Shown: one piece after another, positions 26,030 through 37,035 of the stretch
Layout: the number at the start of each line of letters is the position of its first letter
Position numbering within the stretch: the stretch's first letter is position 1
DNA from: Azolla caroliniana
Taxonomy: Eukaryota > Plantae > Polypodiophyta
Assembly: GCA_043228905.1 (NCBI GenBank)
Contig: JBHGNT010000002.1
Coordinates: 27,094,001 to 27,158,000 of the forward strand
DNA: 64,000 nt
Direction of reading: 5' to 3'
The notes under the pieces: model-generated
What the model saw: the letters and a program-made list of their open reading frames with translations, nothing else
What the model was told of the DNA's origin: nothing
Databases searched by the model: none
Program-made: the position numbers and the translations under genes

Positions 26030-28891
26030 ATGAAGTTTGGACTATCTCTTTCTTCTTCTTGCTGTTTGCAAGAAGAAGGGTTTCCTTATCACTCCATCGA
26101 GGAGGTTTCTCATCTATTGAAAAGGTTCACAAAGGACAGAGCATATGATCAAGGACACCATTTGTATGAATCTTTGAAGAAACATCATCTTGAAACTCAT
26201 CCTTCATTCGGGAACTATGTCGTCTCTATGTTGGCTGAACTTGGGTTTATTCACGATGCCCATCATGTTTTTCACAAATTGGATCACAAAAACGAGAAAT
26301 CATGGCATTCTCTTATAATGGGCTATATAGAAAGTGATAAGCCACATCATGCCCTCTCTCTGTACCGAGAAATGGGAAAGAATGATGGTTATTCTGGTGG
26401 ACGTATTTTTTTGCCTTTTCTAAAGTCTTGTGCAAAGCTAAAAGACTTAAATGTAGGTCTTGGAGTTCATGCTGAGATTGCTAGAACGAGACTTCTTAAA
26501 GATGATATTTATGTTGGCACTGCTTTAGTTGATATGTACGTGAAATGTGGATGCATTATGAAAGCACAACAAGTCTTCAATGAGCTTTCAGTTCAAGATG
26601 TGACTGCTTGGAATGTATTGATTTCTGGATATACTGAAAATGGGCATGGTCAGAAAGCTTTAGAATGTTTTGAGAAAATGAAACATCAAGGTGTCTCTCC
26701 AAATGCTATCACGTTTGTTAGCACCTTGAGAGCTTGTGCTAGCATTCGTGATAGCGATAAGGGTGAAGAAATACACGCCGAGATTGAAAGAAAAGGTTTG
26801 ATTTCAAGAAACCCCTATATTCATAGTTCCCTTGTTGCTATGTATGCCAAATGTGGGTTGCTTTCGAAAGCTCAGAAAGTGTTTGATAGTCTTCCTATAC
26901 GTGATGTCGTATCATGGACTGCCCTTATCTCAGGTTATACTGAACATGGGCATGACAAAGAATCTCTCAAGTGTTTTGAAAAGATGCAATTTGAAGGTGT
27001 ATCTGCAAATGCTGCTACTTTTGTTAGCACTTTAAAAGCTTGTGCTAACATTGGAGATGCAAATACAGGAATTGAAATACATGATCAGATTGAACGGGAA
27101 GGTTTGCTTGATAGAAACATCTTTATTGGTAGTGCTTTGGTTGATATGTATGTAAAATGTGGTGTAACTACTAAAGCACAACAAGTTTTTGATAAACTTC
27201 CGGCCCGAAATGTTATTGTGTGGACATCCCTTATTGCAGGATATGCAGAACACGGTGAAGGAGACAAGGCCCTCAAGTGTTTTGAACAAATGCAAGAACA
27301 AGGCATCTCTCCAAATGCCATAACATTTGTGTCTGCTTTAAAAGCTTGTTGTAACATAGGAGCCATAGATATTGGCCAAGGAATACATGCTATGGTTGAG
27401 AGAAAGGGGTTACTGGAGAAAAACCTCTTTGTTGGAAGCACATTGGTTGACATGTATGCTAAATCTGGATTACTTTGGAAAGCACAAGAAGTATTTGATA
27501 AACTTCAATGTCAAGATATTGTCTCTTGGAATGCATTAATCACTGGATATGCAAAGCATGGATGTTCTCTAGAAGTCCTCGAGTGTTATGAGAGAATGCA
27601 ACTCGAGGGCATGTGCAGCAATTCTATCACCTTTATATGCAGTTTAAAAGCTTGTGGTGCTGTGAAAGCTCGTCAAAAGGGCCGAGAAATACATTGCCAG
27701 GTAAGAAGAAAGGGTTTGTTGGCAACAGACAGCAATGTTGGTAGTACGTTGATTGATATGTATGCTATGCTTGGTCTCCTTACAAATGCACGTGAAGTAT
27801 TTAATGAAATTCAGAATCAAGATGTTGTATGTTGGACTTCTTTGATTGCTGGATATGTGGAGCATGGATATGGAGAGGAAGCATTAGGTTTCTATGAGGA
27901 GATGCAACTTAAGAATGTTATACCCGATCCTATAACCATTATTTGTGGTTTGAAAGCTTGTAGCAGCATAGGATTGATAGAGAAGGGCATAGAAATACAT
28001 GCTGAAATTGAAAGGAGGAGCTTGTTAGGAACAAATGTTGTTCTTGGAAGCACTTTAGTTGATATGTATATGAAATGTGGTTTGCCTGCTAAAGCACAAC
28101 AAGTGTTCGATAAGCTCCCCATCCGAGATGTGGTGTCATGGACTACACTCATTGCCGGTTGTACAGATCATGGATATGGTGAAGAAGCTCTCTTGTGTTA
28201 TGAACAAATGCAACTTCAAGGCATTTTGCCGAATGCTGTTACATTTATCAGCATCTTAAGAGCTTGCGGCAGCATCGGAGCAATCGAGAAAGGCCAAGAA
28301 ATACACACTGAACTAGAAAGAAAGGGATTCCTTGAACAAAATAACCTTGTTGGGAGTACTCTGGTTGACATGTATGCTAAGTGTGGGTCTGTATCCATAG
28401 CACGGCAAGTGTTTGAAAGACTTCCAGATAGAGATACAGTCTCATGGAACTCCTTAATTTCAGGATATGCCCAACTTGGTGAAAGTGAATATTTTGTCCA
28501 CATTGTGGATAGGATGCTAGGGGAAGGCATAAGGCCAGATTCAGTCACACTGCTCGTTGTTCTTAATGCATGTAGTAGAAGTGGTATGTTCACCAGTAGC
28601 CAAACATATTTTGAAGTGATGAGTAAAGATTATGGTGTTATCGTGACACCTGAGCATCATGCATGTCTGGTTAATCTACTTGGCCATGCCGGACATGTCG
28701 ATAGAGCAATGGCAATGATGAATAAAATGCCTTTTTGTCCAACTCTTCCAGCATGGCGGGCTGTTTTGGGTGCTTGTAGGAACTCTGGAAGCATAGAGCA
28801 TGCGAAGCAAGCCTTTGAACATGCCATGCATTTAGATGAAACTCATTCTGCATCATATGTTTTGATGTCTCAAATATATATGCAAGAATAA
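26030..28891 (+). CDS. PLS-class pentatricopeptide repeat protein with a truncated E domain and no DYW, 953 aa
   Basis: Intronless; about eight P-L-S triplets (GSTLVDMYAKCG..A..VFD.L..RDVVSW..LI.GY...G...A..CFE.MQ..G..PNAITFVS.LKAC). Ends PEHHACLVNLLGHAG..WRAVLGACR..SASYVLMSQIY. Confidence 0.95.
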   Translation: MKFGLSLSSSCCLQEEGFPYHSIEEVSHLLKRFTKDRAYDQGHHLYESLKKHHLETHPSFGNYVVSMLAELGFIHDAHHVFHKLDHKNEKSWHSLIMGYIESDKPHHALSLYREMGKNDGYSGGRIFLPFLKSCAKLKDLNVGLGVHAEIARTRLLKDDIYVGTALVDMYVKCGCIMKAQQVFNELSVQDVTAWNVLISGYTENGHGQKALECFEKMKHQGVSPNAITFVSTLRACASIRDSDKGEEIHAEIERKGLISRNPYIHSSLVAMYAKCGLLSKAQKVFDSLPIRDVVSWTALISGYTEHGHDKESLKCFEKMQFEGVSANAATFVSTLKACANIGDANTGIEIHDQIEREGLLDRNIFIGSALVDMYVKCGVTTKAQQVFDKLPARNVIVWTSLIAGYAEHGEGDKALKCFEQMQEQGISPNAITFVSALKACCNIGAIDIGQGIHAMVERKGLLEKNLFVGSTLVDMYAKSGLLWKAQEVFDKLQCQDIVSWNALITGYAKHGCSLEVLECYERMQLEGMCSNSITFICSLKACGAVKARQKGREIHCQVRRKGLLATDSNVGSTLIDMYAMLGLLTNAREVFNEIQNQDVVCWTSLIAGYVEHGYGEEALGFYEEMQLKNVIPDPITIICGLKACSSIGLIEKGIEIHAEIERRSLLGTNVVLGSTLVDMYMKCGLPAKAQQVFDKLPIRDVVSWTTLIAGCTDHGYGEEALLCYEQMQLQGILPNAVTFISILRACGSIGAIEKGQEIHTELERKGFLEQNNLVGSTLVDMYAKCGSVSIARQVFERLPDRDTVSWNSLISGYAQLGESEYFVHIVDRMLGEGIRPDSVTLLVVLNACSRSGMFTSSQTYFEVMSKDYGVIVTPEHHACLVNLLGHAGHVDRAMAMMNKMPFCPTLPAWRAVLGACRNSGSIEHAKQAFEHAMHLDETHSASYVLMSQIYMQE

Positions 28892-31800
28892 AGGAGCAAG
28901 TTTGGTAACAATATATATAGGGCTTGCAAGGATTTTTGTTGGAGCCTTTTTAAGGCTAAGGTCACAATGAGTGACAGACTGGAAATCCTTGCCATGCCAT
29001 AAAATCATTGGTTTGTGACATAATGATATCCATTGGACAAGCTGAAGGAAGTGCACCTGTAACATTGAACTCAGGTAGGCCCAATCAATAGCCAAAGGTT
29101 TTTCAGTTAGTGACTTGGGCATCCTTGTGTGACTATGTAGCTTATAATTTCTTTTTTTCAGGTGGTCCAATCCAAATGCGGAGGAGAGACCTACATGCCA
29201 CAGAATTCAGGAAGAAAATAATCTAACAGGGCGGAAAGTCCAATGTTGTAGATTAAAATGCAAACTTTTCATTTAGAAGGAAGGGGCAAGCCATTAGAAA
29301 AATATTGAACTCATTTTCAGGCCTTTCAGGGCCAGGGAGTGGAGCCAATCAAAATATCAAACTTCCGTGAAAGGAGAAAATAGTTCAAGTTCAATATTAT
29401 TGAAAGGGAGCTGAATTCCTTTACTGAGAATTCTTGAATGCATCCTTCTTAAAAAATAAAACCATGTCGGACAACTACAATATGATAATACAAGGTTCTG
29501 TGTATACCAATTACATGTTCCTCATATGAACATTTGATAAGAGGAATAGTTCATGTTAGATCTGAAGGTTCCCTCGGAAATCCAGAACTGTCGTTTTGAG
29601 GGTTTTCTCATGAGTTTAATTTCAAGATCATATAAGAGAACAAATTTCTCTAGAAAGTTGGATTTACAGATTCTTTCAACAACCCAAATGATGAAAGATA
29701 AAATGCTTTCTTATAACAGAATGGCAACAAATGATGAGACATGTCATCAACAGTGAAGTTGATATATTGGCTTGTCATCAACACAATGATGTTGATATGA
29801 CCAAGGTCTCAACGTTTATGATATATACACACATTTTCCCTCTTATACTTTTGAGCACACAAAATGCCATACATTACTAGATAAGATTGTAAAGAATGCA
29901 AATCTATAAAAGATATTGGGGGAATATTTTATTATTGAGAAATGTCACAATGCACACTCTCAATTGGAATGTTGATTAATAAGATAACAAATGCTTACAA
30001 GTACAGTGAGAGCCTATATCCCTACATAAGAATGAAATTTATGACATTTTTGGGTTGAATTGTTTTTATTTATGGGGATATTTTCCTAATAAGCTTAAGC
30101 TGCAAAATTTTCACTACAAATGATGAATGATTCTATAACCTAGTTGGTAAGCTAGAATGCACCTCAACATACCAACAAGATGATCCAGCTTAGTGCATAA
30201 ACATAGTCCATATCGATCGATATCAAGGCAAAGCACAAAGTGATGATTTTGAAAAAAAAACGGAGTAATAACCACATAAATGTGCAACCTCCATCTCTAG
30301 GAGTGAAAGAAATGTGAAGCATAGAATTAGATCAATAAACCAATGCATTACTCATAAAGAGAGCATGAATAGTTTTGTGAGAAATAAATTATTGGAACAT
30401 AAATTGGTACAAAACATCCTAGTGATTGTGTCCAACGAATAAACTAAGTCGAACAATTATTTGAGGAATGTTGTTAATTATTGAATCACATATTTTGTTG
30501 AGAAGTTTGGAAGTAGTATTCCACGCTCATGCTATTCATTTTTCTTCTCTTCTTGGTTGGCCTTGGTATGCACCATGACCCCTGGAACTTATGGGGAAAG
30601 GGTACTTTACATCGATGCAAGTACAAATTACTTATGCAAGTGTTTTTCAAAACGTCAATAGTAAGTCTTCACAAATTCAAAGAAAAACCTAATGAAGCAA
30701 CATCAATGCTTGTGTTGCCAAAAAATGAGACACGATTTTAACTTGGGTTATGTGAAAACAAGCCAAAGATATATTTGAATCTACTACAAGCCTCAAGGTA
30801 CTATAGAGCTAAATGAACATGGCAAACGTTTGGAAAGGGTTATACTTGTTTATTTGAATAAACCACAAGCCTTGAGGTATTATAGAGCTAAATAAACAAG
30901 GGAAAATGTTTGGAAAGGGTAATGATCCATTCCCCAGGTATAGGGATTGATATGCATATAGCAAACAACTAGCCAAAGTCCTCTATGTTGGAATCTCATT
31001 GATGACCTATATATGAATATTTACCCTTTCAAAATAAAGATAAACGGAAATGCCTTTCGTGATATCACTAAAATCATTTAGAGGAAGCAAAAACAAAAGC
31101 ATATCATATTAATGTTTTACCTTCATTTTTCCAAATTGAAATGTGAAGGGCCCTCTCCAGTCTCAAATAAAGGGCATGGAAGGCATTCAATACATTGAAA
31201 GCTCAAGTTTGACGAAAATAAAGATGGAAATGGGAAATGAGTTATGTTATGTAAATTCCATGTGTAAGGAGTTCCTCCTCAAAGAGTTTGACTAATCTTC
31301 AAATGTGGAGATAGGATCTAAGGAGCTCTCAGTGACTTGTTGTAATAACTTGTCATAGGGATTTGTCATATCATTACCAACCCTTGAGTTGTGGAGAAAA
31401 TGTGAATATTTGGACACCCATTTTCCATTTAGACACTCTTCTACGAGCAAAGTGATAGTGCCCATGATCTCAAACAAAAATTTGGAAAAATATGTATAAT
31501 GAACACAACATCAAATCCACTACTAGAGACGTAAAAGTCATGTCCATTTTATTGTCAGAAACCGCATGCATAAGCACTCATTTTATATAATTGAATTTGT
31601 CTCTATTAGGCAAGGTCATGCATTTCTAACCCATGGTGGGGACATTAGAAAGTCTATGATATGATGAATAAAGACAATTATTTGAGATTTAAGAGCTTCC
31701 GTACATAATGTTATATTGATGTTTCATGTAATGTAATTTACAAGGATTATGTTTGCAATGAGGTCAAATGACATCTCTAGCTATGATTATGTGTTGTCCA

Positions 31801-33928
31801 CACTTATGTCTTGTCTTGTCTTGTATGTTTGTGGCTTTAATCGTTTTAATGGTTGTCGACAAAATGGTCCCAGACTAAGAGCACATGTATAGGGAAGCAC
31901 ACAAAGCCAAATGTAGGGCAATTAGTATTTGCTAGCAGAATCAAAGCCTGACATCCAAACAAATTGGTTGCTTGTAGCTTCATCACTTAAATGGAAATAA
32001 TTACTTTGATCGTAGTAAAGAAGTGATGAAGTTGGATTCTTGGCTTAACGTGCATATGTATGTGAAGGGTTTGTCGCTCTAGCCTCTAACATCAATAAAA
32101 ACATCGGTTGTCACCATGTTAACACATCAAGTAGCAATATAAACAATCAAGATTTCAATATAAACACTTGGGGGAGTGGGGAGGGGGGCAATTACCAAAC
32201 TACGTGAGGTGCACGTTTCTAACACACATCCCATTAAGGGCTGGATAAAAGAAGCAAAGTTTTGGAAATTGGGGGATCAATTGATCTTGAATTATTCTTA
32301 TTATTATTTTGATATATTTGTATATATACCATGTATACATGTAAATCCTGTTGTCAACAATGATGAAGAGAAGAGAAATAAGCGAGTTAAAACACATTGG
32401 GTTGAACAAATAAACTTGGTGAGTGTCTAATAATGTGAAAAGACATGGATGGTAAAGAAACCGTAAATCATAAAGAAATGTGACCTTCTATAAAAAATAA
32501 TGCCAACGACCAATTTTTCCCATCAATATGAAAGGATTAAGATGGGGGGGGGGGCATGGTGTAAAAGGACATACAAGATGATTGTGATCTCTTCCAAAGG
32601 ATATTTTTGAAATGTTGCATTACGGAGACCAATGATCACATCGACCTACTGAATTTTCCATCTCTCACCACCGAGATGATGTGGTCCTCCCTCTTCCATA
32701 CATTCATATGCAATATTAGGCTCGAAAGTTTGCAATACTAGATTTTAAGAGCACGTGATTTAAATAAAGGCAAAGGAGAAGGGGGGGGGGGAGGTAGGAG
32801 GGAAGAAAAGAGCACACGACATCGAGATATATAGTTGACATTGACATTCGGGATTTAATAACCATACATAAATGCACACATGTGATGTGAACACACTGCA
32901 AAAGTTTCGACTACATACATACATACAAACAAAACAAGCGCTAGGATAGATAGATAGGGGGCACGGAACATATAATCAACCCTTTTGTCAAGGGAGGGAT
33001 TCTATGGTGATATAAATGTAGGGGAGATGGAGGACATGGTGGGGTGGGGAGATGGACATGGAAATGGACATGGACACGGGCACGGATATGTGGGTGGGTA
33101 GATAGATAGATATTATTATAATTTATGATGTTGGCTAAGTGAAACATTGTCACAAAAGTGTTGGTACATGACTCTAGTGGGGGGGGGGGGGGGGGGGGTT
33201 CACAAGAGTTTTAACGAGCCGGAGAGTTTGAAATTTAACTGGGGATGTAGTTGAGAGAGCTCGGACGGACACATGCATGTGGCAGATGGCCGGGCCAGGC
33301 CGGGCCGCGACGAGACTCGAGACTCGAGACTCGAGAGGGAGAGCTTCGAGCCCGGACTCTAAATTACATACACTTACAACACACACCCACACACAAATGT
33401 AACTTTCTCAAAGAGAGAAATGATGATGATATTATTATTATTTTGATGATGAGATGATGATGGCATGATGATGATAAATGATGAATGATGATACCCTCTC
33501 CACTGAATGAACGAATGTAAACATGATTTAAGTGTTGGGATTGTGGGAAATGATGGCCGCTTGGACACACACTTACACTTTCCTCTTCCATTACAAAAAG
33601 GTAAAAGACAGGAAAAGCTTGATCTTTTTTTCCCTTTTGTTTTTAAATCTTTTTGGTTGGGTTGGGTGGACCGCGGAGGAGTTACATAGATTATCAATTT
33701 TTCTATAATTACAATCAATCCATCCATTACTGATATAAAAGTCATAATTTTTTAATCCGGACTGTTCTTGGGACTAATTTTGGAAGGTAATCAGCAGCAA
33801 CATTTTGCATATGTAACAATTTATGATACTAATAATGTGTACATAAGGGGGGGGGGGGGGGCGGGGGTATCTGTGTGCATCTGTGATCAGATCCGATCCG
33901 ATCAGATGAAGGCTATCGATTTATCTAC

Positions 33929-36637
33929 CTATCTTGGTGGTGTTGTCTTTGCAGGTGTTGTTGGGCCACATTCCTCGCAGATTACTGTGCTAGAACGGTT
34001 TAATGATAACTCCTGCATTCAACACCAATTAAGACATACCGTTAATTATGTCGCCTGCTAATTAGAGACGTTTAATCGCGTTTACTTCTCAATCTAGCCT
34101 ACTTTAACCTAATTAGGGCAAATAACCTATATCCAGGCGCTGGTGGCAGTACGGGAAACCCTAATTATCTGAAGTGAATAATGGAAGTACCTGGATCTTC
34201 CATTGGAGCAGCTTCACATACTCCACAACCTCATCCAGCATATCCGCCGTGTTCGCTTGCTTCATCCACAAACAAGAATAGCAAAATGTAAATCCACCTG
34301 ATCTTACTGCTCACTACTAATTCCATGATTAACTGTTCTGCAATTACCTTGTCGAGGTTGGGTACGAGGTCTTGCAGCTTCTTAATCCGCTCGCTAATCT
34401 TCGTCCTCCTCACCTGCAAAACCGTAATCAGTAGCTGTAATTACGAATCCTTAATGCCATCCATCGCCTCTTACATATGCGAGACTAGTATTCTTGGGAT
34501 ACAAATTTTAAATCTGTGTAACTCAGACAAACAGCTCAGACATGGATGGATACATGCTAGATACATGATTAAGCATGGACGTTAAAAATGTGTCAATTTT
34601 CGGGCGGTGGCACAGATTAACAGTAATCATAAGGGCATCGAAACCTAATTGATAAAGTCTTAGCGCAGTCTTGACACTAATCTGAGACATGTACAATTTA
34701 TGGATACATTACAGTTTGGCTGGATTGAAATGATCAATTACCCGTTCTGCGATGCTGCGAGGGTGAGTGGCATGGCCCCTCTTGGCTCGCGCCTGACAAT
34801 TAGCGAGAGCCCCGCCACCAGTACCAGCGCTGCCATCAGGTGAGGAGGCAGAATGAATCCCATCATGCGATGTCGCCCCCTCCATGTTGCAGTCATCGAA
34901 ATTGTGAAAGTCTGGTTGATCCATCGCCAGAGCAGGAGGTGGATTAGGAGAGTTGGAGGTTCTGTTAAGTAATAATGAATGAGGATCGATTGGGGATAAT
35001 AATCCAGCTCTCAGTTGCTCACGATCCAGATTCAATAATGGATGCGAATTAGAGTTGAGGAACAGATCGTCACGATGATGACGGCCGTGATGATGATGAT
35101 GATGCTGTTGATTCGTAGCAGTGGCAGCAGCAGAAAGATGCTGAGAATTCATCTAGAAAAAACAAAAAAGAATTTAACAGAGACCATAGCCTCGTATCAT
35201 TTCGATCAATAGGCTCCCAATGAATCCAAACTGAAGAACACTAGATTTTACCCCTACTAGCAGGAACTAATTTGCATTGAAAATGAGCATCAGTTAAAAG
35301 GCTAGAAATTGTGTGAACCTTCATCTGATGGCCGTCTGTTGGTACTGGTCTCTGCTGCCTGGACATATTTGACATGGACATCTGATGCTCGTCCAGACAG
35401 AGCTGGGACAGTAGCCCTGCAGGGGAGCTACTCTGCCGGATCAACACATTGGAGGTCGGTGAAATGGAAGAAGACGGCAACAGTGATGGCGATAAAGACG
35501 ATGATGAAGACAGTGATGATGAAGGTGATGATGGTTGTGGTTGTGGTGGTGGTGTGATCACATCATTCGTGCTTCCATTATAATTGTAGTGTAATCTCAT
35601 AATTTGGCCATGGCCGCTAGGCGAAGAGGAATTGCTGTAAGCAGGAGCAGGAGGAGGAGGAGGAGAAGATGAAATACCTGCACTACAGCTACTGTTATCT
35701 GTAGAGTTCCTCATGATTCCAGTACCTGATCTTGATTGATGATTGATCTGGTTCATCATTATCTGCTGCTGCTGATGTTGCTTCAGATTCTTATAAGAGT
35801 ATAGCTCATTCCCAGAGATTGTGGCCGCCCCAGCAGCAGCAGCAGCAGCAGCAGTAGGAGCAGTAGCCGCCGTAAGAGAAATGTTCATGGTGGGGATGAC
35901 CTTCTTCTTCTTCTTCTCCATCTCCATCTCCATCTCCATGTCATGCATTTCTTCCATGGCAATCCTTGACAGGAGATGCGCAGGGGAGCTACTGTGCCTG
36001 ATGAGCTCATGGCCAGATGATGGTGATGGCGATGGGGATGGTGATGTTGGCGATGGCAATGGTAATGGTGGTCTCCTCCTCCTCCTCCTTCGCTTCATAT
36101 CCATGTTATTGCTGTTACGGATATCATTTGAACTGATTCTATGATCATGATGAGGGCCGGAATTGGTCATATCCGGATTATTGTTATCATCCTGCTCCAA
36201 GATTGAGGGCAAAGGATATGGCACTATATTGTCTATATTAGCAATTAGGGTATTATAATCACTGTCCATATCCAGCAGTGCAGACAACTGATCATCATCA
36301 GCACCAGCACCGCCATGGCCAGGAGGATTAAACTTGTATAGCAGGTCATGATCCTCGTCGTTGAGAAGGTCCTGTAGTACTGAACTGGGGGCAGAGTGGT
36401 GCCTAATGAGAGAATAATTGTTATTGTTGCTGCTGGTCCTCATTAATTCTGCTCCTCCAGCGCCCTTGCTGCTATTGTTGGGGGCGAAGGTATAGTTGTA
36501 GCTAATGTTGGCTGAATTACTGCTAGAATTAGTGGTATAAGGAGGAAGGGCATCCATTAATCCAAAGCAGTTCTGGTTATTGTTGCTGCTGCTGTTATAG
36601 TCCTGCTGGACGGAGTCCATGGGCATCATCATCGTGT

Positions 36638-36641
<4 letters not shown>
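33929..36641 (-). CDS. bHLH transcription factor, subfamily IX (FBH/AKS-like), 650 aa
   Basis: Exons 35319-36641, 34742-35152, 34348-34413, 34191-34259, 33929-34012. RAKRGHATHPRSIAER|VRRTKISERIKKLQDLVPNLDK|QANTADMLDEVVEYVKLLQ, plus LIRxSSSPA motifs. Confidence 0.92.
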
Positions 36642-36674
<33 letters not shown>

Positions 36675-36954
36675 ACTAATTTATTCCTCGAATCAAATAG
36701 CAGTCAGAGGATGCTTAAGGGGGAGGGGGATCAAGATGTATAGGAATGGCGGAAGGGATACCAATTTTCTTTCATCAGAGGTTTATGGGATCAGAAGGAC
36801 AGGGGGAAAGCGGTGGTTAAAAACAGACAGAAGAAGAAGTAGAAGAAGAGGATAGGGGACATGGATAGAGGAAGTTCTGCTTCAGTCTGTGAGACTAGAC
36901 AGAGAGAGAGAGAGAGAAGAGAGAGAGAGTGACGACTGTTCTCTGAGGGGTTGG

Positions 36955-36991
<37 letters not shown>

Positions 36992-37035
36992 TCTGGCTGA
37001 TTCACATGTGGACGGACGGACGGACGGACGGACGG
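36640..37035. repeat. (TA)n, (GA)n and (GGAC)n microsatellites in the bHLH 5' region
   Basis: (TA)n abuts the start codon at 36641; (GA)n at ~36901-36988; (ggac)n at ~37010-37035. Confidence 0.9.

Noticed and set aside
26832-28856. Antisense and alternative-frame ORFs within the PPR gene
   Set aside because: Shadow ORFs of a repetitive CDS.
35309-36144. Plus-strand ORFs opposite the bHLH exon 1
   Set aside because: Antisense shadows of trinucleotide-rich coding sequence.
36910-36935. agaagagagagagtgac, resembling miR529/miR156
   Set aside because: Part of a (GA)n tract; the 3' half does not match and no hairpin partner is evident.
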